A DNA stretch of 58,558 bases from an uncultured Novosphingobium sp. (lineage in GTDB: Bacteria; Pseudomonadota; Alphaproteobacteria; Sphingomonadales; Sphingomonadaceae), in contig CAZNFV010000001.1 of NCBI GenBank assembly GCA_964572445.1, positions 1-58,558 on the forward strand, given 5' to 3'. Below the pieces are notes generated by a model. The model was given only the letters and a program-made list of their open reading frames with translations, had not been told where the DNA came from and searched no databases. Numbering within the stretch: the first letter of the stretch is position 1; every line of letters starts with the position of its first letter. The translations under genes were made by a program, and so were the position numbers. Below, in pieces: positions 20,153-29,719 of the stretch.

Positions 20153-20551
20153 GTGGCAGACAAGCTGAACCTGAGCGAAGCCGAATGGCTCGAAAAGCTG
20201 GGACCAGAGCGTTATCGCATCCTCCGCCAGGCGGGGACCGAGCGCGCCTTTACCGGCAAGTATGACGGAAAGAAGGACGCCGGAACTTACACGTGCGGCG
20301 GCTGCGGCGAACCGCTGTTTGCTTCGGATGACAAGTTCGATTCCGGTTGCGGCTGGCCCAGCTATAGCGCGCCACTGGCTGCTGCGCCGGTCGAGGAACT
20401 GGTCGATACCAGTCATGGAATGGTCCGCACCGAGGTGCGCTGTGCCCGCTGCGAAGGCCATCTGGGCCACGTGTTCCCGGATGGCCCGGCCCCAACCGGC
20501 CTGCGCTATTGCATCAACAGCGCCAGCCTTGATTTCAAGCCGAAGGAATAA
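20153..20551 (+). CDS. msrB: Peptide methionine sulfoxide reductase B
   Basis: GTERAF, CGGC/CARC Zn motifs, [26 protein letters not shown] after AAGGAG. Confidence 0.96.
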   Translation: MADKLNLSEAEWLEKLGPERYRILRQAGTERAFTGKYDGKKDAGTYTCGGCGEPLFASDDKFDSGCGWPSYSAPLAAAPVEELVDTSHGMVRTEVRCARCEGHLGHVFPDGPAPTGLRYCINSASLDFKPKE

Positions 20552-20655
20552 GCACGGCGCCTGCATCAATTCTGCGATTCACCACCGGTTACAAATCGCC
20601 TATGCAGTAAGCGAACGGGCCGGTGCTGGCCCGCTGGAAGGATTAGCATACCGCA

Positions 20656-22689
20656 ATGGCGCGCAAGGATGTGAAGGGGCGCGGCGCGCCCGAACGCGAA
20701 GGACCGTCTGGTTTTAGCCGGTTCATGCGCCGGATATTCGTCTGGGCCGCTTCGTTGGCCGTTGTCGGGGCGTTGATACTGGCTGTCGCGGTGGGGCTGA
20801 CCGCCCGTTCGCTGCCCGACTTCGCAGAACTGAAGGACAGCCAGGTCGGTCAGACGATCCTGGTCCGCGCGCGTGACGGAACCGAACTCGTGTCGATCGG
20901 GCCAAGCTATGGCCATTGGCTGAGCCACGAACAGATTCCGCAGGTGATGCGCACGGCAATGGTCTCGGTCGAAGACCGGCGCTTTCATTCACACCCGGGG
21001 ATCGATCCGATTGGCTTGGCGCGAGCCGGTTTCATGGCGGTAACGACGGGCAAGTCGGTTCGCGCTACTTCCACGATCACGCAGCAGCTGGCGCGAACGG
21101 TGTTCCTCAACAACAACCGCAGCTATGCCCGCAAGCTGCGCGAAGCCGTGCTGGCGCTGGCGATGGAGTGGAAGTTTTCGAAGGACCAGATCCTCGAGCT
21201 CTATCTCAACAAGGTCTATTTTGGTGGCGGGGCCTACGGTGTCGATGCCGCCAGCCGCAAGTTCTTCGGCCATCCGGGCACCCAGATCGCCCTGCCAGAG
21301 GCGGCGATCATCGCTGGTCTGGTCAAGGCCCCGTCGCACTATTCGCCCACTGCCGATACCGAAGCCGCGATTGGCCGGGCCAAAGTCGTGCTGTCGGTAA
21401 TGGCGGGCAATGGCGATGTAACCCCGTCGCAAGCCGCTGCCGTCGACTTTTCGGCAGTCCAGTTCACTGCCGACAAGGGACAGAATTCGGTCCGCTACTT
21501 CACCGACTGGGCCCTGCCGCAGCTTGACCTGCTGCTGCCTGATAACACCAAGGCAATCGAGGTCTGGACTACGCTTGATCCCAAGATGCAGGCCGCAGCG
21601 ACCAAGGCGATCGAGACCAACACGCCCAAGGGCGCGCAGGGTGCGCTCGTTTCGATCGACCGTGATGGCGCAGTTCTCGCGATGATTGGCGGGACTGACT
21701 ATGTCTCGTCCAATTACAATCGGGCGGTCAACGCTGTGCGCCAGCCGGGTTCGGCCTGGAAGTTGTTTGTCTATCTCGCCGCGCTTGAAGCGGGATATAC
21801 GCCAACTGATCGGGTGGTAGACGAACCCGTTACGATTGACGGCTGGAGCCCGCGCAACTCTGGCGGGACCTACGCCGGTGAGATCGACGTGCGCACGGCC
21901 TTTGCCTATTCAAAGAACACCGTTGCCGCCCAGCTTGGCAATGAGGTTGGCTTCAGCGCAGTGGCCGGCATCGCCCGCCGTTTCGGCATCAGCACCCCGA
22001 TTTCAACCGTTCCTTCGATGGTGCTCGGCAGTAACGAGGTCCGCGTGATCGACATGACCCGGGCCTTTGCCGCGGTATCGGCCAAGGGCCACGCGGTCGA
22101 TCCCTATGGCATCACCAAGGTCCAGACGGTCGATGGCCAAGTGCTTTACCAGCGTGACGTCAAGCAGGGGCCGCTACTGGTTCCGGCTTATGTTTCAGCC
22201 GGGATTACTGACCTGCTGCAAAGCGCGGTCAGCACCGGCACCGGCCGCGCCGCGCAGATTGGCCGCCCGGTCGCGGGCAAAACCGGCACGACCAATGCCA
22301 ACAAGGATGGCTGGTTCCTGGGCTTCTCCAGTGGGATCACCACGGGTGTCTGGATGGGGCGTGATGATGCCAAGCCGGTCCTCGGCTTGCAGGGCGGCAC
22401 AGCCCCGGCGCGGGCATTCGCAGCCTATATGGCGGTCGCAGTGACGGGCCGCCCGGTCGAAAAGTTCGATACCGAGGTGACCGTACCGGCCTGGCAGCTT
22501 GAGCCGGATGACGAGGCACAGCTTGGCGGCAATCCGAACGAATATTACTATGCCGATGATCAGGGGAACATGGTCCAGCCTGATCGGCAGGAAGTGCCCG
22601 CTGACCCGGGTCCCAGCCAGACGCCGCCGCCACCGCCAGCTGCCAATGACGAGTTCCTGCGCGAAGCAACCGGCGCCCGGCCGGGCTGA
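20656..22689 (+). CDS. Class A penicillin-binding protein (PBP1A family)
   Basis: EDRRF, STITQQLAR, RKLREA, SAWK (SxxK), SKN (SxN), KTGT. Confidence 0.93.
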   Translation: MARKDVKGRGAPEREGPSGFSRFMRRIFVWAASLAVVGALILAVAVGLTARSLPDFAELKDSQVGQTILVRARDGTELVSIGPSYGHWLSHEQIPQVMRTAMVSVEDRRFHSHPGIDPIGLARAGFMAVTTGKSVRATSTITQQLARTVFLNNNRSYARKLREAVLALAMEWKFSKDQILELYLNKVYFGGGAYGVDAASRKFFGHPGTQIALPEAAIIAGLVKAPSHYSPTADTEAAIGRAKVVLSVMAGNGDVTPSQAAAVDFSAVQFTADKGQNSVRYFTDWALPQLDLLLPDNTKAIEVWTTLDPKMQAAATKAIETNTPKGAQGALVSIDRDGAVLAMIGGTDYVSSNYNRAVNAVRQPGSAWKLFVYLAALEAGYTPTDRVVDEPVTIDGWSPRNSGGTYAGEIDVRTAFAYSKNTVAAQLGNEVGFSAVAGIARRFGISTPISTVPSMVLGSNEVRVIDMTRAFAAVSAKGHAVDPYGITKVQTVDGQVLYQRDVKQGPLLVPAYVSAGITDLLQSAVSTGTGRAAQIGRPVAGKTGTTNANKDGWFLGFSSGITTGVWMGRDDAKPVLGLQGGTAPARAFAAYMAVAVTGRPVEKFDTEVTVPAWQLEPDDEAQLGGNPNEYYYADDQGNMVQPDRQEVPADPGPSQTPPPPPAANDEFLREATGARPG

Positions 22690-22695
22690 CGGACA

Positions 22696-22733
22696 AAGAA
22701 AAACCCCCGCCGGATCAGGGCGGGGGTTTTCTT
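22696..22733. terminator. Bidirectional intrinsic terminator
   Basis: AAGAAAAACCCCCGCC-loop-GGCGGGGGTTTTCTT between convergent genes. Confidence 0.85.
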
Positions 22734-22752
22734 ATTCAGCGCTAGGTATTGG

Positions 22753-24285
22753 TTAGCGGAGCCGCACCGGCAGGTACGCTGCCGGCTGGCCACGGCGCTG
22801 CACGCGCAGCAGTACGGCCGCGCGATTTTCAGCCTTGGCGGTGCGGATGATGGCTTCCAGATCGGCAATGGTCAGGACATCGCGGTAATTGGCCGACAGG
22901 ATCACGTCACCGCGTTGCAGGCCCTTGGCTCCGGCATCAGCTGAGCTATCGACTACCGATATCACCAGCCCGCGCGTGTCCGTGGGCAAGCCAATCTGGC
23001 CAGCGATTTGCGGGGTCAGTGGCAGGACCGACAAACCCAGCGCACGCTCGGCCAAGCCTTCGCCCTGCTTTTCCGGTGCGCGGTTGAACCGGTCATCGGC
23101 GTCGGGCGTGCCCGGAGCGAAGGTCTGCTTGGCCAGCTCTTCCTCGCTCGGCCGCTTGCCGACGGTGGCAGTCAGCGTCAGGCGCTTGCCGTTGCGGATC
23201 ACCTCGATCGGGATGCGCTTGCCCGGGGCCGTATTGGCGACAATGAACGACAGGGTGTTGTCAGGCGCAACTTCCTTGTTGTCCACCTTCACGACCACAT
23301 CGCCAGCCTGGAGGCCGGCTGCTGCTGCGGCCTGAGCCGGTTGGACAGTCTGCACCAGTTCCCCACGGTTACGCGCGAGCCCAAGCGAGTCCGCCACATC
23401 TTCGGTTACCGGCACGATCGTTACGCCCAGGTAACCGCGTTCGATCGCCTGACCGCGCATCAGCTTGTCAACGACCGGCGCCGCGATATCAGCGGGGATC
23501 GCAAAGCCGATCCCGACATTGCCGCCAGTGGGCGAGAAGATCGCGTTGTTGATGCCGATCACGTTGCCCTTCATGTCGAACAGCGGACCGCCCGAGTTGC
23601 CGCGATTGATCGAGGCATCGGTCTGGATGTAGCGGCTGGCACCCGACGAACGGTGAACTGCCGAGACGATCCCCGAAGTGACCGTGCCGCCCAGACCAAA
23701 CGGGTTACCGATGGCAATTACCCAGTCGCCGACGCGCGAAGTTTCGCTGTTGCCGAACTTGACGAAGGGCAGGGTCTTGCCGGCATCGATCTTCAGCACG
23801 GCCAGGTCTGACTGGGCATCGCGGCCGATCAAGCGGGCCGTGTGTTCGGCCCCATCGCTCAGCGTCACGGTGATTGACTGGACTTCGCCCTGACCATCGG
23901 CAGTGATGACGTGGTTGTTGGTCACAACATAGCCATCGGCCGAAATGATGAAGCCTGAGCCCAGCGATTGGGCTTCGCGGGTGGTTCCACCACCGCCGCT
24001 GCCACCGTTCCCGCCACCGAACAGGTCTTCAAACGGGGTGCCGGCAAAGGGATTGCCATTGGCAGCCACGCGCACGCGCTGGCGGGTGGCAATGTTGACC
24101 ACGGCGGGCTGCAATTGCTGGGTCAGCTCGGCAAAGCTGGCAGGTGCACCCGCGCGGGGCACCACAGCTTCCATCCGGGCGGCATCATTCTGTGCCACCT
24201 GCGCTCCGGCGGGAATTCCGGTCAGGACCGAAACGGCCGCGCCGCCAACCAGCAGCGCACTCGTTACTCCATAGGCGTATCGCAC
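22753..24285 (-). CDS. degP: DegP/DegQ (Do-family) periplasmic serine protease with two PDZ domains
   Basis: SLGSGFII, TNNHV, DLAVLK, IQTDASINRGNSGGPL. Confidence 0.92.
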   Translation of the reverse strand: MRYAYGVTSALLVGGAAVSVLTGIPAGAQVAQNDAARMEAVVPRAGAPASFAELTQQLQPAVVNIATRQRVRVAANGNPFAGTPFEDLFGGGNGGSGGGGTTREAQSLGSGFIISADGYVVTNNHVITADGQGEVQSITVTLSDGAEHTARLIGRDAQSDLAVLKIDAGKTLPFVKFGNSETSRVGDWVIAIGNPFGLGGTVTSGIVSAVHRSSGASRYIQTDASINRGNSGGPLFDMKGNVIGINNAIFSPTGGNVGIGFAIPADIAAPVVDKLMRGQAIERGYLGVTIVPVTEDVADSLGLARNRGELVQTVQPAQAAAAAGLQAGDVVVKVDNKEVAPDNTLSFIVANTAPGKRIPIEVIRNGKRLTLTATVGKRPSEEELAKQTFAPGTPDADDRFNRAPEKQGEGLAERALGLSVLPLTPQIAGQIGLPTDTRGLVISVVDSSADAGAKGLQRGDVILSANYRDVLTIADLEAIIRTAKAENRAAVLLRVQRRGQPAAYLPVRLR

Positions 24286-24387
24286 GTGTTGAGCTTCCTC
24301 TTCAAAATCGTCTCACCCTGCATCGGGCGCATGGTGGATTCAATCCGCTTCGCCTGAACCGGAATTGAATGGCTCCACTCAGGTCAG

Positions 24388-25236
24388 CTATCGCCCTTTA
24401 AATTGCCGCAGGTATTCGTTGTCCGGTGACAGGATGATCGTGCTGCTGCCCTTGTTGGCCTGATTGGCGAACGTGGCGTCATAGCTCTTCATGGCCCGGT
24501 AGAAATCATAGAAGGCCGGATCCTTGCCGAACGCCGCCGCATAGACCTGGGTGGCGCGGGCTTCGGCCTCTGACGTGATCAGCTGCGCCTGCTTCTGACC
24601 CTGGGCCTGGATTGTGGTCGCTTCCTGTTCGCGTGCCGCCTGCATCCGCGCAAAGGCGGATTCGAGCGCCCCGGCAGGCAAGTCAGCGCGCTGGATGCGG
24701 ACGTCGATTACCTGGGCGCCGTATTCACGCGCCTGTTTATCAAGGTTTTCCTTGATCCGGATCATCGCCGCCCCGCGTTCGGCATTCAGCAGCGACTGGA
24801 AAGTGCGCTTGCCCAGTTCCTGCCGCAGGACCGAGGTCATGATCGGCTGAAGCTGGCTCATCACGCGATCAGACGTACCGGCGGTCTTGACCATCTTGAC
24901 CGGGTCAATGATCCGGAAGCGGGCATAGGCCGTCACTTCCAGCCGCAACTGGTCGGTTGAAAGCACGGTCTGGCGCTCCATCGGGAAGGCCATCAGTCGC
25001 TTGTCGATCCAGACCAGCTGTTCGATGAACGGAATTCGCCAGCTGATCCCGGCACCCGTCTGGCCAAAGTTCTGGCCCGGCTTGAAGGCGTTGATCTTGC
25101 GAACCGGCTCACCCAGCCGCACGACCACCACCTGCTGGGTTTCCGGCACGATCACGATCGACGACATTGCGACAATGGCCGCTGCACCCAGCGCGATGAC
25201 GGAGCCCTTGCTGCGTTGCCACAGGTTATTCAGCAT
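24388..25236 (-). CDS. hflC: FtsH modulator HflC
   Basis: SPFH domain, DVRIQRADLP, DPAFYDFYRAMKSY; TGATG coupling to hflK. Confidence 0.93.
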   Translation of the reverse strand: MLNNLWQRSKGSVIALGAAAIVAMSSIVIVPETQQVVVVRLGEPVRKINAFKPGQNFGQTGAGISWRIPFIEQLVWIDKRLMAFPMERQTVLSTDQLRLEVTAYARFRIIDPVKMVKTAGTSDRVMSQLQPIMTSVLRQELGKRTFQSLLNAERGAAMIRIKENLDKQAREYGAQVIDVRIQRADLPAGALESAFARMQAAREQEATTIQAQGQKQAQLITSEAEARATQVYAAAFGKDPAFYDFYRAMKSYDATFANQANKGSSTIILSPDNEYLRQFKGR

Positions 25237-26399
25237 CACTGGCCTCCCGCGGCAGGTGCCGCTTCGGGCGCACGGCGCCGCAGTTCAGGCAGCGGTAGAT
25301 AGGGGGTCACGCCATTGGCTTCGACCACAACCTTGTCATTGGCTGACAGCACACGCTCCATGGTTTCGTAATACATCCGCCGTTTGGTCACCTCTGGCGC
25401 CAGCCGGTATTCGGCATAGACCTTGTCAAAGGCGGCGGCTTCACCTTCGGCGCGCGCCATGGTTTGCTGCGCCCAGGCCTGGGCGTTGTTCTTGTCACGC
25501 TCGGCCAGCTGCTGGGCGACGTTGACCTTCTGGAAGGCATCGGCGACCTTTTCTGGCGGGTCAGCCTTTTTGATGTCGACCCCGATCACGTTGACCCCAG
25601 CGCGGTAGGCATCAAGGATGTCCTGCATCCGGCGGCGGGTGTTGGCTTCCAGCTGGCCGCGGCCGGTACCGTCCCAGACGGCCTTCAGCGGCACTTCGGC
25701 CACCGATAGCCGCATTGCGGCTTCGGCCACGTCACGCACCGTATTTTCCGGTTCGGTCGAAGCGAAAGTGAACTGTTCCAGGTTCTTGACGTTCCAACGC
25801 ACCTGGTACGAAAGGTCGATCAGGTTCTGGTCGCTGGTCAGCACCAGGTTCTCACCCTCGCCCTCAGGAATCACGTCGTTGGTGACTGAGGTGACGTCGC
25901 GGGTCTGGACATTCTGGAACGGCCAGGGGGCGGTGAAGTTCACGCCCGAACCGATCGTGCGGCTATATTGGCCAAAGGTGGTGACGATGCCCTGCTCTTT
26001 CGGGCTGAGCTGGTGGGTCGAGCTGCTGAACAGCCACAGCAGCGCCACCCCGCCAAGAATCACCGGCAGCCAGCTTTTGCCGTTGGCGCGCGGGGGCAGC
26101 GAGGGGAAGCCTCCGCCACCACCACCGCCACCGGGTCCTTTGCGCTTCCCGCGAAAGATATCCTCGATATTCGGAGAGCGGCGCTCGCCAGTATAATCGT
26201 CGGGCTTCAACCAGGGATTGCGCGGCCCGGGCGAGCCCGGCTGCTGCGGTGGATCGCCTGCTGGCGTGCCTTCGCCGGGCGGCACTGCCGGCGGCTCGCC
26301 GCCGCCGCTGCCACCAGCATTATTGCCATTGCCCCAAGGGCTCTTGCGCCCGGCCATCGCCAGCCACTGGCCCGGCCTGAAACTGCCATTTCCACTCAT
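25236..26399 (-). CDS. hflK: FtsH modulator HflK
   Basis: SPWG...PRNPW N-terminus, LTSDQNLID, ADPPEKVADAF, APEVTKRRMYYETME; start 26399 or 26357 (the 691-aa ORF is over-extended). Confidence 0.9.
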   Translation of the reverse strand: MSGNGSFRPGQWLAMAGRKSPWGNGNNAGGSGGGEPPAVPPGEGTPAGDPPQQPGSPGPRNPWLKPDDYTGERRSPNIEDIFRGKRKGPGGGGGGGGFPSLPPRANGKSWLPVILGGVALLWLFSSSTHQLSPKEQGIVTTFGQYSRTIGSGVNFTAPWPFQNVQTRDVTSVTNDVIPEGEGENLVLTSDQNLIDLSYQVRWNVKNLEQFTFASTEPENTVRDVAEAAMRLSVAEVPLKAVWDGTGRGQLEANTRRRMQDILDAYRAGVNVIGVDIKKADPPEKVADAFQKVNVAQQLAERDKNNAQAWAQQTMARAEGEAAAFDKVYAEYRLAPEVTKRRMYYETMERVLSANDKVVVEANGVTPYLPLPELRRRAPEAAPAAGGQ

Positions 26400-26406
26400 G
26401 CACTTC

Positions 26407-26436
26407 GTTATAGGTAGTGCTGGACCAAAAAACAGG
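26407..26436 (-). promoter_or_regulatory. Candidate RpoH-type promoter of hflK
   Basis: Minus-strand CCTG-N18-CCTATAAC, 7 nt before ATG 26399. Confidence 0.4.
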
Positions 26437-26492
26437 GTCTCGCTGTGCTTTTTCCTTGCTAGGGGGCAGACCACAGCAAATGGAGCCTGGCC

Positions 26493-27455
26493 TTGAGCGA
26501 TACTGATGCCCTGAAGTCCCTTTTGCCGCCGTTGGCCCAGTCGCGCCTGCAGTCGCTGCGGCTGACCGATGGCGCCGCCACGGTAATCCTTGATGCCAGC
26601 GGTTTTGACGGGATCGAGCGCGACCGGCTGGAAGAGGCGGTCAAAGCCGCACTCGGCGCAGCGCCGGGCGTGACGGAGGTTCGCGTGGCGATGATGGCAG
26701 ACAAGCCCAAGCGCCGGATCATTGCGGTCGGTTCGGGCAAGGGTGGGGTCGGCAAGTCGACCGTCTCGGCCAATCTTGCCGTCGCGCTGGCCCGTCTGGG
26801 GCGCAAGGTCGGACTGGTCGATGCAGACATTTATGGCCCGTCGCAGCCGCGCCTGCTGGGAACAGAGGGCAAGCGCCCGGATGCCCGCGAGAAGCAGTTG
26901 CTGCCGATCCCGACTGAATTTGGCGTCAGCGTGTTGTCGATGGGCAATTTGATTGAGCCGGGCAAAGCGATCGCTTGGCGCGGGCCAATGGCTGGCAATG
27001 CGCTGGGCCAGCTGGTTGATGCTGATTGGGGCGCGGCTGAAATTCTCGTGGTCGACTTGCCGCCGGGCACGGGCGATGTGCAGCTGACCATGCTCCAGCG
27101 GCACAAGCCGGCCGGTGCAGTAATCGTCTCCACGCCGCAGGACCTGGCGCTGATCGATGCGACCCGGGCCATGCAGCTGTTCGATGTCGGCCAGGTGCCG
27201 GTAATCGGGCTGGTCGAGAACATGGCCGGCTATGTTTGCCCGCACTGCGGCGAGGCGTCTGATCCCTTTGGCAAGGGCGGGGCCGAAGCTGAAGCGGCAC
27301 GGTTGGGCCATGCTTTCCTCGGGCGCATTCCGCTCGATATTTCGATCCGCCAGGCCAGCGATGCCGGCGTGCCACCCGCAGCTGGCGATGGTCCACAGGC
27401 TGAGGCATTTCTCGCGCTGGCGCGCCGTGTTGCGACCTGGCTGGACAATAGCTGA
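26493..27455 (+). CDS. mrp: Mrp/ApbC Fe-S cluster carrier ATPase
   Basis: GKGGVGKST, DADIYGPS, DLPPGTGD, ENMAGYVCPHCG. Confidence 0.93.
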   Translation: MSDTDALKSLLPPLAQSRLQSLRLTDGAATVILDASGFDGIERDRLEEAVKAALGAAPGVTEVRVAMMADKPKRRIIAVGSGKGGVGKSTVSANLAVALARLGRKVGLVDADIYGPSQPRLLGTEGKRPDAREKQLLPIPTEFGVSVLSMGNLIEPGKAIAWRGPMAGNALGQLVDADWGAAEILVVDLPPGTGDVQLTMLQRHKPAGAVIVSTPQDLALIDATRAMQLFDVGQVPVIGLVENMAGYVCPHCGEASDPFGKGGAEAEAARLGHAFLGRIPLDISIRQASDAGVPPAAGDGPQAEAFLALARRVATWLDNS

Positions 27456-29719
27456 TGCAGCTGACGCGGCGGCGGCTGTTGATCGGCGCGGGGGCGACGG
27501 GCGGTCTGTTGGTCGCCTGGGCGCTTACGCCGCGCCGCTTCGATCCGCCGCTGCCTGCCCAAGACGGTGAGCAGAGCTTCAACGCCTGGCTGAAGATCGG
27601 GCGCGACGGGGTGGTGACCGTGGCCGTCCCCGACCTTGAAATGGGGCAGGGGATTACCACGCTGATCCCGCAGATCATCGCCGTGGAACTGGGTGCCGAC
27701 TGGCGGCAGATCGCAGTGGAGCCGGCTCCGGTCAGCGGCGCTTATGCCAATGCCCCGCTCGCGGCGGCCTGGCGGAGCCTGTGGATGCCGCTGCTGCCGG
27801 GCCTTGCTGAAGGGGAAGATAGCTTGCTCGCCCACCGCTTTGGTGAACGCGAAGCCTTTGTCGTCACCGCCGATGGCACGAGCCTGGCAGCCCACGAAGA
27901 CGCCGCCCGCGCTGCTGCGGCGGCGGCCCGCGCGATGTTGACCATGGCTGCGGCCGAACGCTGGGATGTGGCGTGGGAAGAATGCGAAGCGAAGGATGGC
28001 TTCGTTGTCCACGGCAAGCAGAAAGCCAGCTTCGCCGAACTGGTGGATGAGGCGGTTTCCTTCGATCCGCCCAATCCCCCCGTGCTGCGTCCCGCTGCCA
28101 TTGCGGAACGCGCTATCGATCATCCAGAGGGTGTCCGGCCGCAATTCCCCCGGCTCGACCTGCCGGCCAAGGTCGATGGCGGCTATACCTTTGCCGGTGA
28201 TGTGCGGTTGCCCGGCATGGTCTTCGCGGCGGTCCGCCATGCGCCGCAGGGCCAGTCAAAGCTGGGAACCTATGCTGCAAAAAATGCTGCACCGGTAAAA
28301 GACCTGCTGCGGCTAGTCGAAGGCCCGGATTGGCTGGCGGCCGTGGCGCGTGACTGGTGGTCGGCAGAGCGGGCGCTGACCCTGATCGCGCCCAACTTTG
28401 CTGCGCAGCAAAGACCGGACAGCGCCGCGATAGAGCGACTGCTGAGCGAAGCATTGCGCTCTGGCGATGGCAGCACAATTGCCGAAAACGGTGATGCCGA
28501 TGTGCTGCACGCTCCGTTTGATCATGCGCGGCTCTACCGGGTTGCCCCGGCGCTCCACGCCGCGTTGGAAACCGCCAGCGCGACCGCCCGTGTCGATGGG
28601 GACCGGGTTGAACTGTGGGTCGCCAGTCAGGCGCCGCAGGCAACGCGCAAGGCGGTCGCCAAAGCGCTGGATCGTCCGCTGGACGAAGTGGTGCTCTATC
28701 CCATGGCGGCCGGCGGCAGTTTCGATGCGCGGCTTGATACGCCGCATGCGGTTGAAGCGGCGTTGATCGCCCGCGAAGCCGGCAAGCCGGTGCAACTGAC
28801 CTGGTCGCGGTGGCAGGAAACCGTGCGCGACTTGCCGCGAGCCCCGGCACAGGCGGCTCTGGCAGCCAAGACCGCGCAGGATGGCTCGCTGTTGGCGCTG
28901 AAGGTGCGGGTGGCCATGCCGGCCACCACCGCAGAGTTCGGTGCACGCCTGTTTGATGGTGCCGATCCATTCACCGCTAGGGCGGCGCAGGGCCGGGTCG
29001 ATCCGCTTGCGCTGGCCGGTTGCGTGCCGCCTTACACCATTCCGCATCTGGTGGTGGAACATGTGCCCATCGCGATCCCGCTTTCCACTGGCCGGTTGCG
29101 GGGCAACGCCGCAACGCTCGGTTGCTTCCTGATCGAAACCTTCGTGGACGAACTGGCGGCCCGCTCGGGACGCGAAGGGCTGTCCTATCGTATGGCCATG
29201 CTGGGGCAGGACATTCGCTTGGCGACTTGCCTTCAGCGCGCCGCCACGCTGGCTGAATGGAGTGGCGGGCGTGACGGATCGGGCCAGGGGCTGGCCTGCC
29301 ACCGAATGATCCTGAACGAGCGCGAAGGCCGGATTGCGGTGGTCGCCTCGGCCCGGCGGGACGAGCGCGGCATCCGGGTCGATAAGCTGACTGCGGTGCT
29401 TGATATCGGGCGGATCGTGAACATTGATATTGCCCGCCAGCAGGTTGAGGGCAGCTTGCTGTTCGGCCTTGGCCTCGCGCAGGGCCAGAGCACGGCCTAT
29501 GCTGATGGCTTGCCGCTGTCCGGGCGGCTCAGTCAGCTGGGCCTGCCGCTGCTGGCTGACTGCCCCGAGATTGTGATCGATTTCATCGAAGGCGATGCAC
29601 CGCCGTTCGATCCGGGGGAGCTGGGGGTTGCTGCCGCGCCGCCAGCGATTGCCAATGCCCTATTTTCCGCGGGCTCGACCCGCTCGCACACTTTGCCGCT
29701 TACCGGGGAAATCGCATGA
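27455..29719 (+). CDS. Xanthine dehydrogenase-family molybdopterin subunit (IorB-like), Tat leader
   Basis: TRRRLL, EMGQGITT, IAVELGADW, PRLDLPAKVDG, PAIANALF. Confidence 0.85.
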   Translation: MQLTRRRLLIGAGATGGLLVAWALTPRRFDPPLPAQDGEQSFNAWLKIGRDGVVTVAVPDLEMGQGITTLIPQIIAVELGADWRQIAVEPAPVSGAYANAPLAAAWRSLWMPLLPGLAEGEDSLLAHRFGEREAFVVTADGTSLAAHEDAARAAAAAARAMLTMAAAERWDVAWEECEAKDGFVVHGKQKASFAELVDEAVSFDPPNPPVLRPAAIAERAIDHPEGVRPQFPRLDLPAKVDGGYTFAGDVRLPGMVFAAVRHAPQGQSKLGTYAAKNAAPVKDLLRLVEGPDWLAAVARDWWSAERALTLIAPNFAAQQRPDSAAIERLLSEALRSGDGSTIAENGDADVLHAPFDHARLYRVAPALHAALETASATARVDGDRVELWVASQAPQATRKAVAKALDRPLDEVVLYPMAAGGSFDARLDTPHAVEAALIAREAGKPVQLTWSRWQETVRDLPRAPAQAALAAKTAQDGSLLALKVRVAMPATTAEFGARLFDGADPFTARAAQGRVDPLALAGCVPPYTIPHLVVEHVPIAIPLSTGRLRGNAATLGCFLIETFVDELAARSGREGLSYRMAMLGQDIRLATCLQRAATLAEWSGGRDGSGQGLACHRMILNEREGRIAVVASARRDERGIRVDKLTAVLDIGRIVNIDIARQQVEGSLLFGLGLAQGQSTAYADGLPLSGRLSQLGLPLLADCPEIVIDFIEGDAPPFDPGELGVAAAPPAIANALFSAGSTRSHTLPLTGEIA

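Noticed and set aside
20567..20592. GGTTAC (SigF -35 on the minus strand) after msrB
   Set aside because: No CGAA at 16-nt spacing and no sense gene downstream
26400..27311. N-terminal extension of the 691-aa hflK ORF
   Set aside because: Overlaps mrp on the other strand; HflK-like sequence begins near 26399/26357
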